Assembly (NCBI GenBank): GCA_016218805.1 | Contig: JACRCW010000157.1 | Coordinates: forward strand, 1-64,000 | Direction: 5' to 3' | DNA from: Deltaproteobacteria bacterium | Lineage (GTDB): Bacteria > Myxococcota > JACRCW01 | Length of the DNA: 64,000 nt | Shown: one piece after another, positions 38,154 to 48,171 of the stretch | Position numbering within the stretch: position 1 is the first letter of the stretch | Layout: the number at the start of each line of letters is the position of its first letter | Made by a program: the position numbers and the translations under genes | The notes under the pieces: model-generated | Database searches by the model: none | The model's input: only the letters and a program-made list of their open reading frames with translations | Told to the model about the DNA's origin: nothing

Positions 38154-39608
38154 TCAGGACGCGCGGGCCCGGATGGCGGCGCGCAGGGTTTCCACCAGCT
38201 GGCGGCCGTGGAACGGCTTGGCCAGCACGTCAAACGCCCCCAGCCCCGCCAGGTCCTGCCGCACCTTGGCCACATCCCCGGCGGTGAACACCACCACCGC
38301 CGGCGCATGCTCCATCACCTGCACAAACCGCAGCACGTCCGCCCCGTCGGCGCGGGGCATGTGCATGTCCAGCAGCATCCCGGCAAAGTGTTCTTCACCG
38401 CTCAGCAGGGCCAGCGCCTCCGCGCCGTCTCCCGCGGTGCGGATGAGCATCCCGCTCTGCTCCAGCAGGCGCGCGGTGACGCGGCGCAGCTCCACGTCAT
38501 CATCCACCAGCAGGATGCGCGGGCGGCCGCCGGTGCTCACCCCCGGCGTGTCCGGGCGCGCGGGCAGCGTCAGGGTGACCGCGCTGCCCACGCTCAGCTC
38601 GCTGTCGTGCGCCACTTCGCCGCCCATGCGGTCCATCAGCTCCCGCACCAGCGGCAGCGCCAGCCCCATGCCGCGCCGCCCGTGGCCCAGGGTGCGGTCG
38701 CGGTCGTCGTCGTCAGAGTCAGGCGGCCGGCCGTTGTCCCGCACGTGGATCACCACCGTGTCCGCGTCCGGCCCCGGCAGGGCCTGCAGCAGGAGGTGCC
38801 CGCCCACGGGCATGGCTTCACGCGCGTGGTCACACAACGCCAGCAGCGCCTGCTGCAGCGCCAGCCCGTGGCACCAGGCCGGCGGCGTGGCGGGGTCCAG
38901 CTGCACGCCCACGTGGATGCCCTGCGGCAGCGAGCCCTCCAGCAGCACCGTGGTCTGCGCCAGCAGCGCCCGCAGGTCCACCTTCTCGGGGGCCAGTTCG
39001 CCGGCGGTGCCGGTGAGTTCCGCCAGCTTCTCCGCGTTTTCCGCCAGCGCGGTGGCGGCGTGGGACAGGCCCATCAGCAGCGGCTGGGTGGCGGGCAGCC
39101 CACGCAGCGCCTGGCCCAGGCGCAGCAGCGTGCCCAGCAGTTCGCGGGCGTGCGCGCCCATGATGCCACCCACGCGGAACAGCGCTTCCGCGCGCGTGGG
39201 GTGGGCCAGCACGGCGCGGAAGGCGGGGGGCAGGTGCGCGTACGGATCCGGCGCGGCCGCCCAGGCGGGGGCGGGCGCGGCCACCCTTGGTGCGGGCGCC
39301 ACCACCAGGTGCACCCAGAACGCACCCGGCGGGCCCGGCTGGAACCCGAACGCCGTCACGCGCTGCCGGGCGCCCCCCGCCCCCAGCACGTGGCCGTCAA
39401 AGCGCGCCTGCCGCCGCTGCATCAGTTCGCCCAGGAAGTGCTCCGGGCTGGCACCGCCCTCCACGGCGGCAAACACCCGCTCCATGGCCACGCCGCGGAA
39501 CCGCTCCGCCTCCAGCCCGGTGAGCGCGCACGCCGCGGCGTTGGCCTCCAGCACGGTGCCGTCGACCGTGAGCAGCAGCGTGGGGAGCGGGTGGTCGGAG
39601 ACGTGCAC
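38154..39608 (-). CDS. Hybrid PAS - degenerate histidine kinase - receiver protein
   Basis: EANAAACALTG (PAS), VRDNG and GMGLAL boxes, receiver ILLVDDD...LLDMHMP...AKPF. Confidence 0.8.
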   Translation of the reverse strand: MHVSDHPLPTLLLTVDGTVLEANAAACALTGLEAERFRGVAMERVFAAVEGGASPEHFLGELMQRRQARFDGHVLGAGGARQRVTAFGFQPGPPGAFWVHLVVAPAPRVAAPAPAWAAAPDPYAHLPPAFRAVLAHPTRAEALFRVGGIMGAHARELLGTLLRLGQALRGLPATQPLLMGLSHAATALAENAEKLAELTGTAGELAPEKVDLRALLAQTTVLLEGSLPQGIHVGVQLDPATPPAWCHGLALQQALLALCDHAREAMPVGGHLLLQALPGPDADTVVIHVRDNGRPPDSDDDDRDRTLGHGRRGMGLALPLVRELMDRMGGEVAHDSELSVGSAVTLTLPARPDTPGVSTGGRPRILLVDDDVELRRVTARLLEQSGMLIRTAGDGAEALALLSGEEHFAGMLLDMHMPRADGADVLRFVQVMEHAPAVVVFTAGDVAKVRQDLAGLGAFDVLAKPFHGRQLVETLRAAIRARAS

Positions 39609-39618
39609 GGGGTGGCCC

Positions 39619-41187
39619 TCAGCCGGCGACGGCCAGGTCACGCTCAGCCAGGGCGGCCTGGGCGCGGCGCTTCTCCTCCGCGCGCGCGTGGCGCGCGGTC
39701 AGCGTGGTGAGCTCCGCCAGGCGGCCTGCCAGCGCGTCACCCAGCGCGTCGTCCGCCAGGCGCCAGCCCCAGTTGTCCTCTGCCTTGCCCGGCGTGTTGA
39801 AGCGCGCGTGGGTTCCCAGGTCCAGCACGTCCTGCACCGGCGCCACGGCGATGGCGCCGCACGACCGCCACGCTGCGCGCACCAGGTCCCAGGCGATGTC
39901 CCGCCCGTCCACGCCCAGGTAGCGCATCACGTGCATGCGCGTGCGGTCATCCAGGGCGTCCCACCAGCCGCGCGTGGTGTCGTTGTCGTGCGTGCCCGTG
40001 TAGACCACCGTGGCGGGGACGTGGTTGTGCGGGAGGAATGCGTTGATGCCATCCTCATCACCAAAGGCGAACTGCAGCACCCGCATCCCCGGCAGCCCCA
40101 GCCCGTCACGCAGGGCCTCCACGTCGGGCGTGATCACTCCCAGATCCTCGGCGATGAAGGGCACCTCACCCAGCGCGGCGCGGATGGCGTCAAACACCTG
40201 GCGGCCGGGTCCCTTCACCCAGCGGCCCTTGCGCGCCGTCTTCTCCGTGGCCTTCACCTCCCACGCCGCCGCAAACCCGCGGAAGTGATCAATGCGGATG
40301 ATGTCCACCTGCCGCGCCACCGCGCGCGTGCGGGCCACCCACCACGCGTAGCCGTCCTGGGCCATGGCGTCCCAGTCATAGTGCGGGTTGCCCCACAGCT
40401 GGCCGTCCTTGCTGAAGTAGTCCGGCGGCACCCCGGCCACCACGGTGCGCTCGCCGTTTTCATCCAGGCGGAACTGGTGCGGGGAGGCCCAGCAGTCCGC
40501 GCTGTCAAAGGCCACAAAGATGGGCGCGTCCCCCACCACCTGGATGCCCTGGTCATGCGCGTAGCCGCGCAGCGCGTCCCACTGGCGGTAAAACAGGAAC
40601 TGCAGCAGGGACTCGCGCTCCACTTCCGCGTGCAGGGTGTCCCGCCACGTCTCCAGCGCCTTCTTCTCGTGCCGGGCAATGGGGCGGTCCCACTGCGGCC
40701 AGGAGAGGTGGTTGAAGTGGCGGTGCAAGGCGGCAAACAGCGCGTGGTCCTCCAGCCAGTGCTGCTGCGCGTGGCGGAATTCGTCAAACGCGGGGCGCAG
40801 CGCGGCGCCCTTGCCCGCGCGGAACGCGTCATGCACGCGGGCAAACAGCGCGGTGCGGTGGTCATGCACCATGGCAAAGTCCACGTGGTCACGCGGGAAC
40901 GGCGGCAGGCCGTTGATGTCCCCCAGACCCAGCAGGCCGTCCTGCAGCAACCCCTCCAGGGACAGCAGGCGCGTGTTGCCCGCAAACGCGGACGGACTGG
41001 TATACGGCGAGTTGCCGTGGCTGGTGGGATTGAGCGGCAGCACCTGCCACAGCCGCTGCTGCGCGGCGGCCAGCCAGTCCACAAACCGCCGCGCCCCGCT
41101 CCCCAGGTCCCCAATGCCGTACGGCCCGGGCAGGGCGGTGGGATGCAGCAGGATGCCGGAGCGACGTTCGCGCGTGAGGGTGTTCAT
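39619..41187 (-). CDS. malQ: 4-alpha-glucanotransferase (amylomaltase, GH77)
   Basis: SGILLHPTALP, AGVPPDYFS..GQLWGNP, IRIDHFRGF, IAEDLG, YTGTHDNDT. Confidence 0.96.
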   Translation of the reverse strand: MNTLTRERRSGILLHPTALPGPYGIGDLGSGARRFVDWLAAAQQRLWQVLPLNPTSHGNSPYTSPSAFAGNTRLLSLEGLLQDGLLGLGDINGLPPFPRDHVDFAMVHDHRTALFARVHDAFRAGKGAALRPAFDEFRHAQQHWLEDHALFAALHRHFNHLSWPQWDRPIARHEKKALETWRDTLHAEVERESLLQFLFYRQWDALRGYAHDQGIQVVGDAPIFVAFDSADCWASPHQFRLDENGERTVVAGVPPDYFSKDGQLWGNPHYDWDAMAQDGYAWWVARTRAVARQVDIIRIDHFRGFAAAWEVKATEKTARKGRWVKGPGRQVFDAIRAALGEVPFIAEDLGVITPDVEALRDGLGLPGMRVLQFAFGDEDGINAFLPHNHVPATVVYTGTHDNDTTRGWWDALDDRTRMHVMRYLGVDGRDIAWDLVRAAWRSCGAIAVAPVQDVLDLGTHARFNTPGKAEDNWGWRLADDALGDALAGRLAELTTLTARHARAEEKRRAQAALAERDLAVAG

Positions 41188-41283
41188 GGCACCGCGCGGT
41201 ACCACGGGGTTGGGGCGGTCGTCTCGCGTTGGGCGGGCCGCTGGCGGCCTGCGGCGGTCAGATTGAGCCGCTGTGTGGGCGGC

Positions 41284-42009
41284 TTACCCGGGGGGGCCGC
41301 CCGCCAGCGGAACCAGCTCTCCATCAACGTCCGCGATGAACGCGCGCAGGCCGCATTCGTCCGGTACCGCGTCCACGGCCGCCCACGGCGCTTCCAGTGC
41401 AATCTGTTCCGCGTTGGGCACGGACCGCTCAAGCGCCGACCAGATGACTTTCACGTCACGATTCCGGTCGCCGCTCGTTGAGGTCATCCGGGTGGGCTCC
41501 CGGCATGGGTCAAACCCGAGGGTCGCGCGCATGTCATCGCGCCACGCCTGGGGAACCGCACCGGCGGCGCCCGCCAGCACGATGAACCAAGCCTCCACTT
41601 CCGGGTTGGGCACCATCAGCACGATCCGGAAGCTCCAGGCCCGAACGCCGCGCTTGCCGGGAATCCCCTGCCGCGCTGAGCGGTAGCCGTCCTCCCGCGC
41701 CGCGCGGTCACCGTCATGGCAGAAGATGACGGCCGCGGGCTTCTGGGGCAGTCCCTCCAAGCCGAAGAAGACCTTGGCCGCGAAGAGTGCCGCGGGGTCC
41801 CCCGGAAAGGCGCCGTGCAGGTGCCGCGGTGTGGCGCCTCCCGCCAGCTGACTGCGCGTGAACCACCGGTCCGCCGGCAGCCACTGGCGGAACGGCGCCA
41901 GGTCGTCGTGATCAGCCAGCCAGGTCACGCGCTCGCACAGGCGCCGGTCCGTCAACCTCCGCGCCACCCGCGTGTGCGCGTCATCCTCCGCAACGATGGC
42001 GATGAGCAT
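41284..42009 (-). CDS. TOPRIM-like partner of the adjacent ABC ATPase (DUF4276/RloB-like)
   Basis: IAIVAED, FCHDGD (DxD), PEVEAWF; directly downstream of the ATPase. Confidence 0.65.
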   Translation of the reverse strand: MLIAIVAEDDAHTRVARRLTDRRLCERVTWLADHDDLAPFRQWLPADRWFTRSQLAGGATPRHLHGAFPGDPAALFAAKVFFGLEGLPQKPAAVIFCHDGDRAAREDGYRSARQGIPGKRGVRAWSFRIVLMVPNPEVEAWFIVLAGAAGAVPQAWRDDMRATLGFDPCREPTRMTSTSGDRNRDVKVIWSALERSVPNAEQIALEAPWAAVDAVPDECGLRAFIADVDGELVPLAGGPPG

Positions 42010-42021
42010 GAGGGTCCTCGT

Positions 42022-43143
42022 TCAGCCGCCGCCAACCCAGTCTTCCCCGACGGTGGACCAGAACTCGCCCGTTCCGAGCTTGTCCCTCCATGTGTTGAAG
42101 TCGGGGTGCTCGCTGAGCAGTCTGCACCGCGCGATGCCGGACTTGTCCCGATGAAGGACGCACACCTGGTCGCCTTCGAACTGGTCAAGCAGGTACGGCG
42201 AGTGGGCCGTGGCAATCACCTGCACCGCGGGCTTGCGCTCCAGGATCTTGCGGATGGTGGTCACAAGCTCGCGCTGCGCGGACGGGTGCAGTGCCTTGTC
42301 AATGTCGTCCATGAGGACCAACTGCGGACAGTCGGGCGCGTGCAGCACGGCGAGGAGGGCAAGCGTGAGCAGCGTGCCCTCACTCAGGAGGTCCGCCGGG
42401 AGCCAACCGGCGCCATCCATCTCAACCTCAAGTGAATCCCCCCAGACACCCCTAACCACCTCGGCCTTCGGCATGCGTACGCGCTTCGCTCCTGGGACAA
42501 CAACCCGCAGGTCCTCTTCGATCGCGGCCCTGGCGTCGGGTTCGTTGGCGGCCAGGATGGACAGCATGGTTGGGAGGCCGTGACCGTCAGGCTCCAGTTC
42601 CGCAGACTGCGCCGAGGGGGTGGACGTCTCCGAGGCGCGGCTTGCGGACAGCCGAAGGCGCAACACCCGGCCAAGGGACTCATCACCGCCGATTGACCTC
42701 ACGCTGGTGGCGTTGATTCTTGTGACCGTGTCTTTCGCGGTTCGGTTTGCGACGGGCTTTTGCAGTTCAATCTCGCTCGCGGTGGACAGGCGCCACCCGT
42801 CCGTTCTGGGGGCGGACTGCTGCATCCACCAAGCGCGTCCGTCGGAGGTGAATCCCAGGCTCAGGCTTTCGGGAGGGGCCCCCTTGGTCGTGAGCCGGCG
42901 TTCGTCAGAACTCCCCGTGAAGAGGTAGCTCGCGCGGTCAGCAGCGACCCAATCGTCCTTGCCCTCAACGGGTGCAAACACGCGCGTGACCAGAAAGGCA
43001 CCGTCGAGCACGCTGGACTTGCCGCAGGCATTCCGTCCAATGAGCAGCTGGAACCGGGACCGAACGTCGACGGTCACGGCCTGCAGCCCCTTGAAGTTGT
43101 CAAACCGCAGCCTTGTGATTCTTGGCGGGCCCAGGTCGCTCAC
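42022..43143 (-). CDS. ABC-type ATPase (AAA_21/AAA_15-like), defence-associated
   Basis: FDNFKGL, GRNACGKSS, LSEGT, VLMDDIDKALHP, TAHSP. Confidence 0.88.
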   Translation of the reverse strand: MSDLGPPRITRLRFDNFKGLQAVTVDVRSRFQLLIGRNACGKSSVLDGAFLVTRVFAPVEGKDDWVAADRASYLFTGSSDERRLTTKGAPPESLSLGFTSDGRAWWMQQSAPRTDGWRLSTASEIELQKPVANRTAKDTVTRINATSVRSIGGDESLGRVLRLRLSASRASETSTPSAQSAELEPDGHGLPTMLSILAANEPDARAAIEEDLRVVVPGAKRVRMPKAEVVRGVWGDSLEVEMDGAGWLPADLLSEGTLLTLALLAVLHAPDCPQLVLMDDIDKALHPSAQRELVTTIRKILERKPAVQVIATAHSPYLLDQFEGDQVCVLHRDKSGIARCRLLSEHPDFNTWRDKLGTGEFWSTVGEDWVGGG

Positions 43144-43375
43144 GGGATGCCTCCGGGTGGACCATGGCCGATTGGGGAAGGTGGGGAAAGTTCCTGCATG
43201 AGAAACGCGGGGGTCTGACAGAAAACATATCTATTACAGGGTGTTGGTGCGTGCTGGCGCTGCCCGGGTGAGGGTGCCCGTTGCACCGGGCGCCGGTGGC
43301 CTCTGTTGCGGGTAGGGGTGCTTGCACCGCGGGTGGGGCGGCTGCCATGGAAGCGCGTTCTTTCTGGAGGTGCGC

Positions 43376-45517
43376 ATGAGCGCCGGACGTCGCTGCGCTG
43401 GGTTGGTCATGGTTTCCACCGTGCTGGCGGGGTGTTTCCCCATCCCGGGTTTTGGCCGCCCCGTGGCGGCGGACGGGGGCTCCTCCGGTACGCCGGGGGA
43501 CGCGGGCGGCGGGGACGGCGGGACCACCGCGGACGGCGGCGAGGCGGTGGACGCCGCCGTGCCCGACTCCGGGCCGCTCACGTACGCGGCCGACGCGGGC
43601 ACGCCGGCCGGGCCCCGCGGCGGGCGCATCAGCCGGCTGGCCGCTGCCGCCGACACGGCGTTCCTCTACGCCGCGGGGGATGACCACGGGGCGGCGTTTG
43701 TGTCGTCGGACACGGGGGCTTCATTCACGCATCTGGCGCTGCCGGCGCCCATGACGCTGCCGGTGCTGGGCGCCTCAGCGGGGAGCACGGACGTGGTGCT
43801 GGCCGCGGATGCGCAGTCCCGCGGGGCGTGGATCTCCGTGGACCGCGGCGTGCACTGGGCGGCGGTGGACACGCTGGCGGCGGTGAGCGTGCAGCGCTTC
43901 CTCCAGGACGCCGCCAACCCGGCGTACGTGCTGGCCGTGGTCAAAGGCGGGGTGGCGGTGGGTGACGCGGGCGCCGCGCCGGGCGGCCTGTGGCGCAGCA
44001 CGGACAACGGGCAGGCGTTTGCCCCGCTGGGGTACGCGTTGGAGGACGTCAATGACGTGGTGCACGTCACCGGCGCGTACGTGGCCGCCACCGAGCGCGG
44101 CCTGCTGCGCCTGCCGGAGGGCGGCAGCATCCAGAGCATCAGCGGGTTGCCCATCACGGCGGCGGTACCGGACCCGTCCGTGCCGGACGCGTGGATTGTG
44201 GCGGACGCGCTGGGCACGGTGTCCCGCCTGGAGGGCGGCACCACCACGACGCTGGCGCAGCTCCACGGTGTGCTCGCCGGCGGGCTGCTGGTGCGCGGCA
44301 CCGAGGTGCTGTGCGCCGCCGGGGACACCCTGTACCGCGGCGTGGCGGCGGGCGTGCCGGCGGATGCCGGGGCGGGACGGCCGGTCACCGCGTTCCTGGC
44401 GGCGGTCCAGCCGGCGCCCGGCGTGCAGATCAACGACGTCATGGCGGTGGGCGGCCTGTCCCCGGGGCTGGTGGTGGCCAGCGCGGGCGGCGGCGTGGTG
44501 CGGGTGACGGGCGCGCCGTTTGCGGCCCTGGCGGTGCAACCCGCGGCCACGGGAATCACCCGCGCACAGCGGTGTCCCGCCCTGGAGTCCACCGCGGACC
44601 GCGTGGTGGTGGGGTGCGTGGATGACGCCCCGGGTGGCCCGGTGGCGCGCGTGTTTGAAGGTCCGTCCCTGGCCGTGCTCTCCGAAGTGGCCGGCCTGGA
44701 CCCGCCCGACCCGCTGCCCACCGCGGGCGGCCCGGTGGGGGTGGCGCTGGGCGCGGACGGGACGCGCTGGGTTTCCACGGGGACGCTGTACCGCGCGGCG
44801 CCGGGTGGCACGTTCACGGCCACCGCGCTGCAAGGGGTGTTTGCGGTGGCGCCGCACCCGTCCGTGGCTGGCCGCGTGCTGTTGGGCGTGCTGCGGCCCG
44901 ATGGCATGCCGCAGGTCCACCTGTCCGACGACGACGCGGTCAGCTCAGCACCGGTCCGCAGCACGCTGGGGATCATGCCGTGGCAGGTGGCCTGGCACCC
45001 CACGCAGGCCGACCGTGCCTGGGTGGTGGCGCTGCCGGAGTTGAGCTGGCGCGGTTCCACGCCGCTGGACCTGGAGCGCGGGCTGTTTGAGACGGCGGAC
45101 GGGTTCCAGACGCTGGTCCCCGCGGGGCCGGATGGCCTGGGAAACGACGCGGTGGTGGCCGCCATGGTGCCGCAGCTGCTGCAGGATTCGCTGCTGGTGG
45201 TGACGGGCAACGGGCGCGCGGCCCGCCGCGACGGCGTGGACGGCGCGTGGACCGACCTGGGCCTCATCAACGGCCTGCGCGTCATGTCCGTGGTGGAACT
45301 GCCCGGCAGGGCGGGAACGCTGGTGGCCGCCGGGATCCCGCGCACCCCCGGTGCGCCCAGCCTGGCGTGGTCACGCGATGGCGCGGCGAGTTGGGCCCCG
45401 CTGGAGGCGGGCGTGCCGCCGGCCCTGTGCGTGCGGGCGGACGGTGCCAGCGCGGATGCGTTCCTGGTGGGAACCGCCGGGCAGGGCGTCTGGCGCGTGA
45501 TGGCCACGAGCAACTGA
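43376..45517 (+). CDS. Secreted BNR/Asp-box beta-propeller lipoprotein
   Basis: Lipobox LAGC; repeated SxDxGxxW/F motifs (SSDTGASF, SVDRGVHW, STDNGQAF, SRDGAASW). Confidence 0.8.
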   Translation: MSAGRRCAGLVMVSTVLAGCFPIPGFGRPVAADGGSSGTPGDAGGGDGGTTADGGEAVDAAVPDSGPLTYAADAGTPAGPRGGRISRLAAAADTAFLYAAGDDHGAAFVSSDTGASFTHLALPAPMTLPVLGASAGSTDVVLAADAQSRGAWISVDRGVHWAAVDTLAAVSVQRFLQDAANPAYVLAVVKGGVAVGDAGAAPGGLWRSTDNGQAFAPLGYALEDVNDVVHVTGAYVAATERGLLRLPEGGSIQSISGLPITAAVPDPSVPDAWIVADALGTVSRLEGGTTTTLAQLHGVLAGGLLVRGTEVLCAAGDTLYRGVAAGVPADAGAGRPVTAFLAAVQPAPGVQINDVMAVGGLSPGLVVASAGGGVVRVTGAPFAALAVQPAATGITRAQRCPALESTADRVVVGCVDDAPGGPVARVFEGPSLAVLSEVAGLDPPDPLPTAGGPVGVALGADGTRWVSTGTLYRAAPGGTFTATALQGVFAVAPHPSVAGRVLLGVLRPDGMPQVHLSDDDAVSSAPVRSTLGIMPWQVAWHPTQADRAWVVALPELSWRGSTPLDLERGLFETADGFQTLVPAGPDGLGNDAVVAAMVPQLLQDSLLVVTGNGRAARRDGVDGAWTDLGLINGLRVMSVVELPGRAGTLVAAGIPRTPGAPSLAWSRDGAASWAPLEAGVPPALCVRADGASADAFLVGTAGQGVWRVMATSN

Positions 45518-45594
45518 CCCGGGCCTGGAGGGCCGGCTGCGCCGGCGGGTGGGCAACAAGGGGGTTGAGTCGGCGGCCGGCGGGGACGCCGGCC

Positions 45595-46050
45595 CTACTT
45601 TTTCTGGGCCGGGCACTGCCCCTGCGTCTCCGCCGCAATGCGCTCCGCCGTGCGGCGGCCCCAGTCCCGGTCCTTTTCCCCGCGGATGGACAGCTCCAGG
45701 AAGCTCGCTTCGCCGCGCTTTCCCAGGAATCCGTGGTTCTTCAAGATCTCCACGCGGTCCTTGTCCTTGGGCGCGCGCTTGTTGGCGCGCTCAAAGCACA
45801 CCAGCTCCGCGTTGGCCTCAATGAAACGGAGCTCCTCGCTCTTCTCCACCTTGACCTCAGCGGCGTCCGCCGACGGCGCCGGCGCCACCGGGTCCGCCGG
45901 CGCCGCGCCGGCGGCCGACGCAGGCTGGGGCGCCGCGGCGACCGCGTCCGGGGTGGGCGGAGCTTCGCTCTTGTTGCAGGTCGCCAGGAAGATGCCCGCA
46001 CTCAGCGTCGTCGCGGGAAGGAGCCAGCGCGCACGGTCCAGTTTGGTCAT
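45595..46050 (-). CDS. Hypothetical lipoprotein
   Basis: Hydrophobic signal ending LATC, Pro/Ala linker, small helical domain. Confidence 0.65.
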   Translation of the reverse strand: MTKLDRARWLLPATTLSAGIFLATCNKSEAPPTPDAVAAAPQPASAAGAAPADPVAPAPSADAAEVKVEKSEELRFIEANAELVCFERANKRAPKDKDRVEILKNHGFLGKRGEASFLELSIRGEKDRDWGRRTAERIAAETQGQCPAQKK

Positions 46051-46085
46051 GGCGTCCGCATGCTGTGGGGCCCACTGCCGGGGCG

Positions 46086-48047
46086 TCAAGGGGCCACCTC
46101 CGCGAACCCCTCCAGCGCATAGGCACTCACGTGCGCGCCCGTCGCCTCCGCGTGGGCCAGCAGCGCCGCGCCCTCCGCGCGCACCCCGACGGTGGCGCCG
46201 TCACCCAGTACCCGCAGCCACACGCGCGCACGCGTCAGCGCGACGTTGAGGCGGCGCGCGTCCTCCACGAAGCCCACCTCGCCCGCGGTGTTGCTGCGCG
46301 TGAGGCTCACCAGGATGGCCTCCTTCTCCCGCCCCTGGAACGCGTCCACCGTGTCCACCTCCAGCCCGCCGCGCACTTCGTCCGCCAGCCGCGCCGCCAG
46401 CTCCGCCACCTGCGCCCGGTACGGCGCGATGACGCCCATCTGGTTGAGCGCCAGGCCCGCGCGCACCAGCTGCCGCACCAGCGCGGCACACAGCGCGGCC
46501 TCGCCCGGGTTGCGCACGGAGCTGCCGCCCTCCGGCCGGTCCTCCACCCAACCCGTACCCGCCGTGTCAATGAACCCGAACGGCGCCGCCAGTTCGCCAT
46601 CCGCCAGCGTCCCGCCCAGCACGGCTTGCAGCGTGCGGTCCGCCACCGCGGGTGCCGCCGTGAGCCGCCCGCCGTAGTGACGCGCCGAGGGAAAGGCCAT
46701 GAGGTCCCGGTGCATGCGGTGCTGGCAGGTGAGCAGCGTGCCGGGGGCACCGGACTGCGCCAGACGTTCAAACAGCGTGACCCCCAGCCCGCCGCGCTCC
46801 GCCTCCCGGCTCACCACCGTGGGCGGCAGCTGCTGGTGATCGCCCACCAGGACCGCACGCTCCACGCGGCCCAGCGGCACCAGCGCCAGCGGGATGGTGG
46901 CCTGGGAGGCTTCATCCAGCACCAGCAGGTCAAAGGACAGCCCGTTCACCGGCGGCCCGCCGGACACCGTCAGCGTGCAGCACACCACGCGCGCACGCGC
47001 CAGCACGTCCTGTTCCGCCTGCGCCATGTATGTGCGGGCGTCCGCCATCATCGCGCGCAGCTCGGCACGCTTCTCCGCGCGCTCGGCGCGCGCGTCACGG
47101 AAGGCGCGGCGGCTGGGGTTCCCGCTGGCGCGCAGGCGGCGCGCGTTCCGGAACAGCTCCTCCGCCAGTTGGTAGCGCGGGTGCGCGTGCACCCGTTCCT
47201 GCAGCAGGCAGGGATGCAGGGATTCGTCCACGCGCGCCGGGTGGCCCACGCGCAGCGCGTCCACGTCCAGGCGCGTCAGTGCGCGGCACAGCTCATCCGC
47301 GCCGGTGTTGGAGGCGGCGCAGCACAGCACGCGTTCGCCCGCGCGCAGGGCGTGCAGGACCAGCATGGCGGCCGTGGTGGTCTTCCCCGTCCCGGGCGGA
47401 CCGTGGATGAGCGCCACGTCCGGCGCTCCCAGCGCGTGCGCCACCGCGGCCTGCTGCGTGGCGTGGAGCGCGGCGGCGTCCTCCAGCAGCGGGGCGGCGG
47501 AGGGCGCGCGTGGGGGCCGGGCGCCCGTGAGCACCTCCACCAGTTCCCGCGTGCGCCCGCGCGCCTCCAGCGCGGCGGAGACCGCGGCGCGCGCGCGCTC
47601 AAAGGTCACGCCGGATGAGGCGGGCCACACCGCCAGCGGCCCGCTGCCCAGATCCTCCGCGTCACCCGCGTCCACCAGGAGCGACAGCGCGGTCGCCTCG
47701 CGGCGTTCCAGCACGCCGGAGACGGCGCCCGGGCGGGTGGCCTCCGCCAGCGCCGCGGCGGGGGCCACGCTGATGGGTGCGCCGGGATCACAGTCCAGCG
47801 GCGGCAGGGCGGCACCATCCGCGCGCGCCAGGCGCAGGCGCCACAGCCCGGCGGGGCCAGGGTCATCCGCGGACACGTGCAGGTGCCGGTTCAGCAGCCC
47901 ATCCGCCTCCTGTGCCGCCAGGGACCGGCCAGCGCGCGCGGCCTGCTGCTGGTCGGCCTCCGCGCGGCGCTCAGCGTCCAGCAGCGCGGGGAGGCGCTCC
48001 AGAAGATCGCGTCCGGCCAGGCGGTCCAGGGGGGCCATGGCGGCCAT
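46086..48047 (-). CDS. SF1 helicase, DNA2/NAM7 (UPF1/IGHMBP2-like)
   Basis: GPPGTGKT, DEASQ, GDHQQLPP, QHRM, DAFQGREK, NVALTRAR. Confidence 0.92.
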   Translation of the reverse strand: MAAMAPLDRLAGRDLLERLPALLDAERRAEADQQQAARAGRSLAAQEADGLLNRHLHVSADDPGPAGLWRLRLARADGAALPPLDCDPGAPISVAPAAALAEATRPGAVSGVLERREATALSLLVDAGDAEDLGSGPLAVWPASSGVTFERARAAVSAALEARGRTRELVEVLTGARPPRAPSAAPLLEDAAALHATQQAAVAHALGAPDVALIHGPPGTGKTTTAAMLVLHALRAGERVLCCAASNTGADELCRALTRLDVDALRVGHPARVDESLHPCLLQERVHAHPRYQLAEELFRNARRLRASGNPSRRAFRDARAERAEKRAELRAMMADARTYMAQAEQDVLARARVVCCTLTVSGGPPVNGLSFDLLVLDEASQATIPLALVPLGRVERAVLVGDHQQLPPTVVSREAERGGLGVTLFERLAQSGAPGTLLTCQHRMHRDLMAFPSARHYGGRLTAAPAVADRTLQAVLGGTLADGELAAPFGFIDTAGTGWVEDRPEGGSSVRNPGEAALCAALVRQLVRAGLALNQMGVIAPYRAQVAELAARLADEVRGGLEVDTVDAFQGREKEAILVSLTRSNTAGEVGFVEDARRLNVALTRARVWLRVLGDGATVGVRAEGAALLAHAEATGAHVSAYALEGFAEVAP

Positions 48048-48171
48048 GATGCGCTGGCGCGTCGGGGCGTGGCCAGTGATTCGAACTTGAGGTCGCCGCG
48101 GGACACGCTAGTCTGCGCGGCCGCGGGGGCGTTCCCGGTTTCCCGCGCGTCATCCCTCTAGGAGCCTGTCC

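Noticed and set aside
41190..41290. attC-like integron cassette site after the ATPase/TOPRIM islet
   Set aside because: Short GC hairpins are present but no RYYYAAC...GTTRRRY boxes.
37633..41481. 1282-aa plus-strand ORF
   Set aside because: Shadow of malQ and the hybrid kinase on the opposite strand; low-complexity translation.
43214..43239. AT-rich patch resembling a dif/Xer site or SOS box
   Set aside because: Arm spacing does not fit the 11-6-11 dif layout or CTG-N10-CAG; more likely a promoter region.
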